Source: Octopus bimaculoides (lineage: Eukaryota). From it: DNA of 64,000 nt. The notes beneath the pieces were generated by a model. The model saw only the letters and a list, made by a program, of their open reading frames with translations. It was not told where the DNA came from and ran no database searches. Position 1 is the stretch's first letter. The number at the start of each line of letters is the position of its first letter. Positions 49,427 to 61,745 of this stretch are shown in pieces. Position numbers and translations under genes: made by a program. The stretch covers positions 6,505,731 through 6,569,730 of the forward strand of contig NC_068994.1 in assembly GCF_001194135.2 (NCBI RefSeq). The letters are read 5' to 3'.

Positions 49427-50340
49427 TTTGCTCTTCTTTTTGAACTATATCACCCTCTGTGTTCCCAATCTTTGCTCCCAAATACAGGAAGTCCTCAACC
49501 AACTCTAGTGGCTTCCCGCCTACATTCATAATCTTCTCTGGCTTCTTGATGCTCTCTACCTAATACTTCGTCTTATTCATTTTCAGTCCCGCACTCATCG
49601 ACACAGTCTCAACCTCCTGCACCAACTCCTCTGCCTCTCTCACTGTGTTTGTCACCAGAACTATGTTGTCAGTACATCCAGCATCTGGTATCTTTTTGGC
49701 CTTAACCCTTCTGCTATGAGCCGGCACTACAGTAAAGCCAGAGTCCTGATGTTTCTCCAGCGCAAGGTGCATACAATAGGCCATTGGGAACACGGAGAGT
49801 GATATAGTTGAGATGAAGAGCAAAGCCTGGGTGACATGTCACAGTTTGAGATCTGCATGGAAGTCGGACCTTCGTAAAGACCTGAAGATCCGTCTCTTCG
49901 TTGCACCAGTGGAGCCTGTGCTGTTGTATGGGTCTGAGACTTGGACACTGACCAAGAAACTCACTCAGATGGTGGATGGGTGCTACACAAGAATGCTGAG
50001 GATGGCTCTGAACATTACTCAATATAAACTGAGGATCAAGAACTTAGAGCTGTACGAGAGCTTCCCAAAAGTTAGCTCGAAAATAACAGAGGAAACTGAG
50101 GTTAGCTGGATATGCTCACCGTCAGTCAGAGTTGATACTGCACTCAGTGCTCCTGTGAGAGCCCCTACACGAACACACTAGAAGAGGGTGAGCGAAGATG
50201 ACATATGTTGATGCCCTAAGGACAGACACTGGTCTTTAGGAGACACAGGACATGGCAGCTTCAAACAGGGCCCGATGAAAGGCGTGTTTCAGGACTCTGT
50301 TCCCACAACCCTCCCAAGAGTAAGTGGGCGAAGAAGATGT
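49427..50340 (+). mobile_element. 5'-truncated RTE-type LINE with an inverted 5' segment (49427-49782 on -, 49783-~50340 on +)
   Basis: The minus part encodes a late RT region (CTDNIVLV...GLKMNKTKY...DFLYLGAKI). The plus part encodes the following region (KSKAW...LFVAPVEPVLLYGSETWTLT...DGCYTRMLRMALN). Confidence 0.85.
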
Positions 50341-51584
50341 GATGAAAAGCACCAGAGCAATGGTTGAGGGTCCTTCCTAGTAAAATAGAAATCCAAGGGG
50401 ATCATACGCTAGCATAGCTAGAGTGTGTGCCGCACCTTTAAAAATGCCGCCCGGGATGCCTCCACCTCCAGTTACAATAGTGGGCCCATAGGTAAAAAAT
50501 TGTTAAGAAACACTGCACTAGAGTGTTGGACAGAATGCCATGAGGTATTTAGTTAAGAATTTGGAATTCAAGTCCCGCTGGCGTCAACTTTCCGTTCGTC
50601 CTTCCGGAATAAATTAAAGTACAATCAATCTTCGCTTAAGGTCATTGACAGTTTCTTGAGACGTGCGACATAAAATGAAACGACGTAAAGCGAAACTAAT
50701 TTTACAAAATGTTCAACGAAAGAAACCAGTGTTGCAGTGGTGGTGAACAAACACAAAGACACACATACATAGACATAGACATATATATGAAGGTCGCAAA
50801 TCCACTCACAAGGCTTTGTTCGGGCCGAGGCTATAGTAGAACACACTTGCCCAAGGTATCACACAGTGGGACTGAACCCAGAACCATGCTTCTGAACCAT
50901 ACAGCCAAACCTGCGCCTGTTAGTTGAATTAACACGAAATATATTTTTATCGTAATGTTTTTGTTTTTTCTTTGTGGGTCTGTTCTTCCTCTACAACTTT
51001 TGTTTAGCGTTTTTGAAGTTTGGATAAATTTTATCTCATTTCAGACAGAGACAATGGAATGTCAAGNNNNNNNNNNNNNNNNNNNNNNNNNNNNNNNNNN
51101 NNNNNNNNNNNNNNNNNNNNNNNNNNNNNNNNNNNNNNNNNNNNNNNNNNNNNNNNNNNNNNNNNNNNNNNNNNNNNNNNNNNNNNNNNNNNNNNNNNNN
51201 NNNNNNNNNNNNNNNNNNNNNNNNNNNNNNNNNNNNNNNNNNNNNNNNNNNNNNNNNNNNNNNNNNNNNNNNNNNNNNNNNNNNNNNNNNNNNNNNNNNN
51301 NNNNNNNNNNNNNNNNNNNNNNNNNNNNNNNNNNNNNNNNNNNNNNNNNNNNNNNNNNNNNNNNNNNNNNNNNNNNNNNNNNNNNNNNNNNNTAATTTCT
51401 CAATCTGAGAAATGCCAGACAACCCCAACTTTCCACCGTTCCCAAAATATTAGGGCAAACTTGTTGTTGCTCGCAGGCGTTGAAGTAGGTCTGTGACCAG
51501 GTCGCAGTTGGTGCGACGAAAATTTGACACCAAATAAATGTTTAAGTGAAGCTAACAGTATTTGTGTATTATTGAAGGGCTGAT

Positions 51585-51795
51585 AAGGCGGCGAGCTGGC
51601 AGAAACGTTAGCACGCCGGGCGAAATGCTGAGCGGTATTTCGTTTGTTTTAACGTTCTGAGTTCAAATTCCGCCGAGGTCGACTTTGCCTTTCATCCTTT
51701 CGGGATCGATAAATTAAGTACCAGTATGCGTACTTGGGTCGATTTAATCGACTGCCCCTCCCCAAAAATTTCGGTCCTTGTGCTTAGAGTAGAAA
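51585..51795 (+). mobile_element. SINE family B. Other copies: 4215-4420, 6055-6260, 6525-6639, 32425-32630, 62925-63120 (+); 36560-36700, 54530-54840, 57195-57385 (-)
   Basis: Recurring aaggcggcgagctggcagaa.cgttagca...ctgagttcaaattccgccgaggtcgactttgcctttcatcctttcgggg. Confidence 0.85.
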
Positions 51796-52572
51796 AGATT
51801 ATTGAATGGCTGATATGTCTTCCACTCTGTAATTGTTTCAGTGTCGACACACGTTCTCGGAACAAATCACTTGCTAGACAAATACATCTCCCAAATAAAG
51901 TTTGCTTTCATCGTGGTGATAGGCAAGTTTCAGAAGTTCGAAACCACCTTTTATATTAAAAGTGGCAACTTGTCGGCATTTTCTATTTTCAATCCGCACA
52001 GTCCCCGCAACCCTTAAAAGAAACTGTGCAGTGTACCATTCTCAAAATTTCACTATGCTAGAAATCGAAATTAGACCTTTGCGTTCTGAGTTCAAATCCC
52101 GTTAAGATCAACGTCGCTTTTTATCTTCTGGGGTCGAGAGTCAGTCAAAGTTTGAGGATGGCTTTAATTAGCTAACCACTTCTCCTTTATATCATGATGC
52201 CTGTTATTTAAAAGTCGACATGTTCGCTGTATTGGCAGAGTCGTTACAGCATCGGGCAAAAATGCGTTGCCGTATTTGAACCAGTTCTTTATGTTACGAG
52301 TTTAAATCTCCCTATGATCAGTTTTTATCCTTTATTCTTTCGAGCTCAACAAGATTAATTAAGTAATGGAGAATCGATGTAAACAACTTAACTATCCCTC
52401 TGCTTAAAATTGCAGGACATCGTGATTGTGTTAGAATCAATTCTTTTATAAGAGATAGAAAACGAAAAAGATTTTTACGAAACTACGCAAGTATTCTCCA
52501 AGTTATATATCAATCATTAAAAGCTGATAACTCAATTAAATTTGCATTCGATTAGTTTCCACTTTTGTACTT

Positions 52573-52680
52573 GCTGACTGATAGCTCGATTAGTTGGTAC
52601 TTTCGCAGCTGCTGACTGATGGCTCGATTAGTTTCTACTTTCGTATTTACCGAACTGATGGCTCGATTAATTGGTACTTT
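52573..52680. repeat. Three imperfect ~33-bp units with a ~38-40 bp period
   Basis: actgatRgctcgattaRtt..tactttc at 52573, 52611 and ~52652. Confidence 0.85.
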
Positions 52681-53145
52681 TTTCTGTTTGCCAGAAAAAA
52701 GTGACAGGTTCTTGATAAACTTCGTTCCTTCCTTCGGGACAATTAAGCAAACATTCTTTCATTTATACTCTGGAAAATCGCCGTTCCGTAGACATGATAT
52801 GGACGAATCAGCAGCGGAATCGTCACGAGAAGGACATGGAATAAGGTTAGTAATTTCACTTGTCGCTTTTGTCTACCCTAAAATCGAGCAGACCTCGGCT
52901 TCAGAAACCGTGTCATCTCATGTACTCTTTGACATGTGTGTACATGTGATTGTTTGTTATTTGTTGTGATTGTTATTCTAGCCCCGGGACAAGTCTGATC
53001 GAGCAGGCTAGGCTTTCCAGACTTGACCATCCCAAACTTTTTGCATATCTTAAACGGATAGGATATAAATTTTAAGGGAGATTTTGCTGTTATTTTTTAG
53101 GGATGTTACTGTTTATGTATCGTTCCCGCTGTGTGTGTGTGTGTG

Positions 53146-53176
<31 letters not shown>

Positions 53177-55354
53177 NNNNNNNNNNNNNNNNNNNNNNNN
53201 NNNNNNNNNNNNNNNNNNNNNNNNNNNNNNNNNNNNNNNNNNNNNNNNNNNNNNNNNNNNNNNNNNNNNNNNNNNNNNNNNNNNNNNNNNNNNNNNNNNN
53301 NNNNNNNNNNNNNNNNNNNNNNNNNNNNNNNNNNNNNNNNNNNNNNNNNNNNNNNNNNNNNNNNNNNNNNNNNNNNNNNNNNNNNNNNNNNNNNNNNNNN
53401 NNNNNNNNNNNNNNNNNNNNNNNNNNNNNNNNNNNNNNNNNNNNNNNNNNNNNNNNNNNNNNNNNNNNNNNNNNNNNNNNNNNNNNNNNNNNNNNNNNNN
53501 NNNNNNNNNNNNNNNNNNNNNNNNNNNNNNNNNNNNNNNNNNNNNNNNNNNNNNNNNNNNNNNNNNNNNNNNNNNNNNNNNNNNNNNNNNNNNNNNNNNN
53601 NNNNNNNNNNNNNNNNNNNNNNNNNNNNNNNNNNNNNNNNNNNNNNNNNNNNNNNNNNNNNNNNNNNNNNNNNNNNNNNNNNNNNNNNNNNNNNNNNNNN
53701 NNNNNNNNNNNNNNNNNNNNNNNNNNNNNNNNNNNNNNNNNNNNNNNNNNNNNNNNNNNNNNNNNNNNNNNNNNNNNNNNNNNNNNNNNNNNNNNNNNNN
53801 NNNNNNNNNNNNNNNNNNNNNNNNNNNNNNNNNNNNNNNNNNNNNNNNNNNNNNNNNNNNNNNNNNNNNNNNNNNNNNNNNNNNNNNNNNNNNNNNNNNN
53901 NNNNNNNNNNNNNNNNNNNNNNNNNNNNNNNNNNNNNNNNNNNNNNNNNNNNNNNNNNNNNNNNNNNNNNNNNNNNNNNNNNNNNNNNNNNNNNNNNNNN
54001 NNNNNNNNNNNNNNNNNNNNNNNNNNNNNNNNNNNNNNNNNNNNNNNNNNNNNNNNNNNNNNNNNNNNNNNNNNNNNNNNNNNNNNNNNNNNNNNNNNNN
54101 NNNNNNNNNNNNNNNNNNNNNNNNNNNNNNNNNNNNNNNNNNNNNNNNNNNATTGTCAAGAGGTGAGTTGGTACAAGGCGGCGACCTCAAATTGATATGG
54201 CTGAAACATTAGAAAGAGGGGTGGGCCAAAAATTCATAAGGCTAAATCTATACTCTTTTACTCTTTTACTTGTTTCAGTCTTTTGACTGTGGTCATGCTG
54301 GAGCACTGCCTTTAGTCGAGCAAATCAACCCCAGGACTTATTCTTTGGAAGCCTAGTACTTATTCTATCGGTCTCTTTTGCCTTTTTTTTTTTTATTATA
54401 AGACACAAATGACTTCTTGTATTCATATTTCTGGTACTTTGGCGGCACTTTTGGAATAGCTGTCCCAGAAACGGAATTTATCTATTTTGGTCTTGATTTT
54501 CTTTTTTTTTTTGTATGATACACATTTCAAATTTTGGCACAAAACCTGGAACTTTAGAAGTATTAGTAGGGGCTAGTTGATTACACTGACCCCAGTGCTC
54601 AATTAGTACATTACTTAATCGATTTCGAAAGGATGAAAGGCAAAGTCGATCTTGACAGTGGAGAAAATGTCGCTAAGCATTTCGTCCGGCCTGGTTACGA
54701 TTCTGCTAGCTCACATAATAATTCTAATTTTGGCACAAGACCTGAAAGTTTGGGGAAGGGCTTAGTCGATCACATCAACTCCAGTATTCAACCGGTACTG
54801 ATTTTATCGACCTTGAAAGGTTGAAAACCAAAGTTGACCTTCTAACTTCCTACACCGGGATCCTTGGACCTTACATACATACAAGCGAACAAAATGGAAT
54901 CCCTTAGTGGGACTCTAGTTTAAGTTTCAGGTTTTGAGGAGCAAGAACCATTTTTTAGTCACTATTGTTGTACCTGTTAAGGTCCTATCTATGGATTAAT
55001 TGACGTGTCATGGAATTGGGTCTGGAAGAGGGTCACTCAAGGACATCCCAATGAACCCAGAGCAGATGATGCCCTTCAGTTTTTTTAGCTGCTCATCTAA
55101 GAGAAGGTAACTCCATACAATTCCTACATCCTGATAACTACCTGGCTTGTGATATTTGTTGCACCAGACCAATAAGAAATTTGAAGGATGAGAGAATAGG
55201 ACCGGTTCTGTACAAACCATACTCATTATACACATTGTGCAGGTTGTTTCAGTAAACTAAGACACCAACACCATGTTCAGCTGTGTCTCACTAAACCCTC
55301 ATTTGTTGAAGCAACGAAAGAGCCCAACAGTAACTCATTATCGCTATTGTAATC

Positions 55355-55800
55355 ATTATTTATGTCCATTTTCTCATGCCTGCATGGGTTGGACAAGTCT
55401 TCTTCAGTACAACATCCCTGCCACTTGTTGTGGTCATTTGTCTTCTTCTCCGTGTGGTTCCTGAGATCAGCTTTCACCACTTCTTTCCAAGTCTTCCCTA
55501 GTCTTTTCTTCTTCCACAATTTTCTTCCATTTGAATCAGTAAGCACTTCTTTAACCAACTGCCATCCTCCATACCAGCTTAGTCTTCTCTGTGGCACAAC
55601 ACCTTCTGATTCATCTCATACTCAATATTTCTCTCATTGTAACTGTTCTCCACCATTCACACACATAAGCAATTCACATTCAGCGCGACATACCTAACTT
55701 GTTTCTTTCTGGCTTTCACACATCCTCTCCATTCAGTGCCAATGATTCACTACCAATCAGCATCCTGCCTCACACCTAAGTATCACTCAACCTACCCTTC
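55355..55800 (-). mobile_element. RTE-type LINE 3' fragment including the 3' tail
   Basis: Degraded ORF end (SWYG...GKTWKEVVKADLR...W) followed by gtccaacccatgcaggcatg, the same tail as SINE family C. Confidence 0.75.
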
Positions 55801-56309
55801 ACTCAAAAAAAAAAACCCCAAAAAAAACCACCTTTGTTGCAAGTAAGAAGTGAAAGCTTCCTAACATTTTCTCATCCCATCCTGTTCTTTACTCTGGTTA
55901 CTATAGTTAGGGAATACGTTCCTTCACCCTTAATTAAGTCGCCTATCCACTGCATCTATTGTACACCCATAGTTTACATTTGAATACACTGTCTGTATGA
56001 ATTTCTTAGCTTTTTATTCGTGCTTTTGTTCATTATGTTCGGCTGACTGTCTGCAGCACCTTTTCTTATTATACAAGATGCCATCCTAAACGTTTCCTAT
56101 TTCTTATCGTAGTCTATGTGTTCTTAGTTTATAGTTACCACTCCTAGGTCATGGTTGAACGATTGGGCTATAGGAACCCCCCCCCCCAAAAAAAAAGAAA
56201 AACAGCCCAACTCTTTGCAAGTACTTAGCATTAAAATATTGCACTGTACAAGATGTTGAACTACATTGGGATGGGTGGTAGTGTGTGTATGTGTCTAATT
56301 TTGTTAAAC

Positions 56310-56360
<51 letters not shown>

Positions 56361-57421
56361 TTTCACACTTTCATGCATAGAAAGCCTTTAGAAAGGAAAA
56401 GGAACCTTGTTCAAGTAACTGTGATGCAAATTTGAAACAGCTCTTGAGACTCCAAACTTGCTCGTTACTCATGCACAAGAAAAGCACATCTGTGTGTGTG
56501 TGTGTGTGTGTGTGTGTTCGACATGTGAAACCTTCGTGACACTTTTTTTTTTCTATCTCTCCATTTTTTTCCTCGTTCTTTTCTGTCAAAGATTGTAGGC
56601 TTAAACGTCAAAGAATTTTCCGTTCTTCCTGAGTATCAGACTAATACACCGTGTTTGTTCCCTTACTTGTCTCTCATTTTTGTTTTTTGTTTTTTTGTAC
56701 ACTTGAAACCCCACACCCACTCCACATATGCTCGCGCGCGCGCGCGCGGTCTGCTGAAGTCATTCTAGAACAGGCAGGGTGCATGACCCCCCGTCTGTCA
56801 ATTTCCTACTTGCCAACAAAGACAGAACCTGCTATTTGAGTTCAGTTGTTGTTGGTAGAATGGGCAGCCAGCTTCAAAAACATTCATTCAAGTGAGTCAT
56901 AAGAGATTTTTCTTGGTAGGAGGAAATTATCATTAGTTTCTTTGTTTTTGTTTTGACAGAATGGAGAAGAAAAGGGATTATGAAACAGGCGAAAGAGAAT
57001 ATATTTACACTCATGTTTTTATCTTTTTCCCTCACATACACTTTGATGTGTATGTTATATGTATACTGATAATTATACAATATGTTTATTTATAAATCAA
57101 GTGTATCTTTAAGTATCTACAGTTGTTCTACACGCAGTATAACTTGTACGTTTGTGTATTATAATAATAATAAAAAAAAAATAATCTACTATGGTCACAA
57201 GGCTTGAAATTTCGGGGGAGGAGACTTGTCGATTATATCGACCCCAGTGTTAAACTGGTACTTAATTTATCGACCCCGATAGGATGAAAGGCAAAGTTGG
57301 CCTCGACGGAATTTGAACTCAGAACGTAAAGACAGACGAAATACCGCTCAGCATTTTGCCCGGTGTGCAAACGATTCTGCCAGCCCGCTGACTTTATTAT
57401 AATAATAATAATAATAATAAT

Positions 57422-57462
<41 letters not shown>

Positions 57463-59019
57463 AGCAAACAACTGCTATCAGGTCAAATTATAACATATTT
57501 AAACACAAAGGTAGAATTGTTACAGGAATATAATTCACAAGAGATTGATACAGGATCAAATTAGTGCTCAAACTGAGCACTAATTGTATGTGCCTATTAC
57601 CTTACTTACGTCATCAGACGTAACATTACCGGAATTATATATATATANNNNNNNNNNNNNNNNNNNNNNNNNNNNNNNNNNNATATATATAAAGCAGTTT
57701 TATTCCTTGGCAATGGATCTATGCTTTTGCTAAACTCAAATCATCTCTCTAGATAGACACATATATTTATATGAGCTAATATATGTATAGTTATGTATTC
57801 ACACACACAGTTGCTCGAATGCAAGGCCTACATAAACTTATAGCCGCCAAGAAAGAGAATTAGAAATAGATATTAACTATCGATTCCACTCGAATGCATT
57901 ACCATTTAAATTCCCTCCAGGTACTACTCTGCCGTTCTCTTCCTGTTATTTCCACCTGACTTATTCGCTATTCTCCCATCGCATTCCTCACCTTATCTTT
58001 CTTTTTTCTCTTTCATTTGTAAATCTATGTAACCCTTCACAGATGCATACCCACGTTCATGGATTGTATAACTAAACACTCTCCCGTTGTTCTTTATCTT
58101 CTCTTCCCATATTGAGTGGTTGGCGTGAAGTAGGGCATCCAGGCGTGAAGAAAGCTCTGCTTCAATTATCCACGCTCTGATACACACATCAAAGAATTAA
58201 AATAAATAAGCAAATAAATAAATGAAACTCTGCTCTGCTCACATCCTGTATTGCGATAGAGACTGACCTAGCTAAAATCACACTAACTTACATCAAGCCA
58301 AGGCACATTTGAAACTATGCCAAATGTTGCCAGGCAAAACAAACACTCACTCATACTCACATATATTATACCTCACTCATAACTACATTTCCTCTTCTTC
58401 TGCCTGTATGTATTATATTTTCCTATCTGCATCGTTTAAATCACTGTTTCACAATGCTAATTAACATATATTTACAATTAGATGGATATTTTGAAACCGT
58501 TTTTAATGTCATTGAACTAATGATGATAATTTCTAAAATTGAATAAGCAACAATTGGATTATAAAGAATTTTTTTCTCTCAATGTATTTATGGATGTTCT
58601 GTGCATAAAACTTACTGGTCAATCATTCATTGTGCTTATAACATACAGTAATTTTATGTGTGTGTGTATCAGAAATGTGTTTAAAAAAAAAAATTTTCAC
58701 TTATATTTGTATGTATAGTGTGTGTGTGTGTGTGTGCATGTATGTATGTGTGTGTGATAAATGCCAACACACGAAACTCTCGGACCTTGAGTCACTCTGG
58801 TACTTCTAAATATTAATAAAAAAAATATACATATATTTTGAGTTCTATCATATTTTCCCGTTTGCATTAACATACCTATATANNNNNNNNNNNNNNNNNN
58901 NNNNNNNNNNNNNNNNNNNNNNNNNNNNNNNNNNNNNNNNNNNNNNNNNNNNNNNNNNNNNNNNNNNNNNNNNNNNNNNNNNNNNNNNNNNNNNNNNNNN
59001 NNNNNNNNNNNNNNNNNNN

Positions 59020-59066
<47 letters not shown>

Positions 59067-59719
59067 AAAACCCCTTAATTATGTTTATATATATAAAATT
59101 ATATATAATTATATATATAATCTATTTTTAATCAATATGAGTAACTTTAACTTTTTCTCATTTATCGAAAAATAAACTAAACAAACAAATAAATAAACAA
59201 AAAAATGTGCAAGATGCATCACTTAGTTATATCGCTTGTATTTAGAAGTATGAGTGGCTCACTTAGTTTGTCCTGTAATGTAGGTCATGCATAACACGTG
59301 GTAAACAAAGGATGTTTCCATTCAATTGAGACGAATATTACAGGCGATGGTGTTGAATGTACATGCACTGTACAGTGTTGTACCATAATATATTATTAGT
59401 AGGAGAGGAGAGACAGAGATGGAGGGTCGACTGTATCTTGTGTGATGAGGATACGATAGCATTGTTGTATTTTAGTACCTTGCTGAAAGAGAGAGAGAAA
59501 GAGAGAAGAAATGGTGAGAGTGAAGTTGGTAAGTTCTGTTAATATTTGTTATGGCGCTAGATTATTTATTTTATTTTATATTATATATTATTTTACTGTT
59601 ATTAATAATGATTTGTTTAGTCGATCTAACCTGCTTTTTCGTCTGTGTGGTATAGTCGAAAGTGAAGGTAGGTAGTTACATTATATTTAATAATCGTTCT
59701 TCCTCTCCCTGCTTCTCTA

Positions 59720-59750
<31 letters not shown>

Positions 59751-61614
59751 TCACCCCCCCCCCTACATAGATATGCGTCAGCTATCAAACATGTGAAACA
59801 GACGTTCCCTCCCCCTTTCACTGAACTGAAAGTGCCTCTGCGATCCTGCGGTCGTTCACCTGCTAGAAATAGAATCCAAATTTTCCTCATCACAAACCAT
59901 AACGTCTAGAAAGAAAAAAATGCATTGGATAATGCAGTCTCTTGTCGGTTATTCTTGGGAAGGAATAAAACGGCCTGGTGATAGTTTGAATTGTCTTTCA
60001 TCAGACAAATAGCTCGCTCGTGGTTGACCAGGGGCTAAACAACTTTCAACAAAAGCGGAAGGACACATTGGATAATGTTGGCCTGGATATTATATATTGC
60101 AAAGAGGGTGATTGGAAGCAGGATGATCTTGTCGTGGACACCTACCACCGTAGAAGGTCTACTTTTATCATATCTGTCCTGAAACTAAATAATATTTGCT
60201 CTCTCTCTCTCTCTCTGCGCGCACACATCTAAAAAGTAAATAGAGATCATCATTTTTGAAAAGAACAAAATAATGTCACTTGATGCATTTAATCTCAGTA
60301 CAGAAGTCGGGGGACTTTTTTTTAACCAATTAACCCCAAAATATATTTACTTACGCCGACGTTACCACCTTGATTTAAAAGGAAAAAAATCATAGATTCT
60401 TTGTATTCAAAAGGTTTATTGAATCTATTTATACGTCCATTATATTAGGCAGATGCAGTGATGCCAAAAGGAAGATTTCTGTCATAACAAGGAACACGTT
60501 TTTTTTTAATGTAATTTTATTTGGCTCTAACGAGTCCCACTTAACCCCAAGAATTTCATTTTTACTCCACTTAGGGTAATTTACACCGGTTCGCCGACCC
60601 CTAATCTAGTATTTAGTAGACATTCTTCGTGCAGATTTTAATGACCGAACCTGTTTCAGCATCTTACTAATGGTTAATGTCCGCACAGATAAAACGGTAT
60701 TAGTGGCGGGGGGAGGGGTCTATTTAATTTTGAGATATGTGTGTGTGTGCGCGCGCGTTCGTGGGCATTAGCATAAGTGCAGATTGGTGCCCCGCCTACC
60801 TTTGTTTCGTTAAAACTTTCTAAAAGAATGTATAAAGGCGCACGCGAGGCTGTGTGGTAAGAAGCTTGCTTCCCAACCGCATAGGTCCGGGTTCAGTTCC
60901 ACTGCGTGGTANNNNNNNNNNNNNNNNNNNNNNNNNNNNNNNNNNNNNNNNNNNNNNNNNNNNNNNNNNNNNNNNNNNNNNNNNNNNNNNNNNNNNNNNN
61001 NNNNNNNNNNNNNNNNNNNNNNNNNNNNNNNNNNNNNNNNNNNNNNNNNNNNNNNNNNNNNNNNNNNNNNNNNNNNNNNNNNNNNNNNNNNNNNNNNNNN
61101 NNNNNNNNNNNNNNNNNNNNNNNNNNNNNNNNNNNNNNNNNNNNNNNNNNNNNNNNNNNNNNNNNNNNNNNNNNNNNNNNNNNNNNNNNNNNNNNNNNNN
61201 NNNNNNNNNNNNNNNNNNNNNNNNNNNNNNNNNNNNNNNNNNNNNNNNNNNNNNNNNNNNNNNNNNNNNNNNNNNNNNNNNNNNNNNNNNNNNNNNNNNN
61301 NNNNNNNNNNNNNNNNNNNNNNNNNNNNNNNNNNNNNNNNNNNNNNNNNNNNNNNNNNNNNNNNNNNNNNNNNNNNNNNNNNNNNNNNNNNNNNNNNNNN
61401 NNNNNNNNNNNNNNNNNNNNNNNNNNNNNNNNNNNNNNNNNNNNNNNNNNNNNNNNNNNNNNNNNNNNNNNNNNNNNNNNNNNNNNNNNNNNNNNNNNNN
61501 NNNNNNNNNNNNNNNNNNNNNNNNNNNNNNNNNNNNNNNNNNNNNNNNNNNNNNNNNNNNNNNNNNNNNNNNNNATATATATATATATATATATACGTGT
61601 GTAAGGGATGACCA

Positions 61615-61745
61615 CTATCAGAAGCAACTGCCATTACACTTACCTGTTGGGTTTCCAATTAGACTTTCGATATTATTCAACCATCTCGTTCCAAGCTTAC
61701 CTCTAGATCTGCTGCCAGTTGGCTTGGCTTGAACAATTCTGGCAT
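61615..61745 (-). mobile_element. Short LINE (RTE-like) ORF2 C-terminal remnant
   Basis: The minus frame reads IVQAKPTGSRSRGKLGTRWLNNIE, resembling the G.R.RGRP.TRW.D.I motif. Confidence 0.45.

Larger units (their letters stand above)
5661..61574. other. Assembly gaps (N runs): 5661-5670, 6640-6649, 7352-7837, 17372-17671, 21028-21037, 25173-26031, 33063-33072, 33829-33996, 38420-39024, 39877-40083, 51067-51391, 53177-54151, 57648-57682, 58883-59019, 60912-61574
   Basis: Read directly. Most gaps are flanked by (TA)n, so ORFs spanning them are artefacts. Confidence 0.97.

Noticed and set aside
52573-52680. CRISPR-like repeat-spacer array
   Set aside because: Spacers are only 5-8 nt, repeats are degenerate, the context is eukaryotic and there are no cas genes.
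56732-56748. (CG)n tract (also ~60749-60757) as a Z-DNA regulatory element
   Set aside because: A simple dinucleotide repeat in a microsatellite-rich genome, with no supporting context.
7095-61732. Long ORFs in the track containing X runs (for example 25154-26110, 38333-39116, 53084-54212, 60810-61732)
   Set aside because: They are open only because N runs and (TA)n/(CA)n repeats contain no stops.
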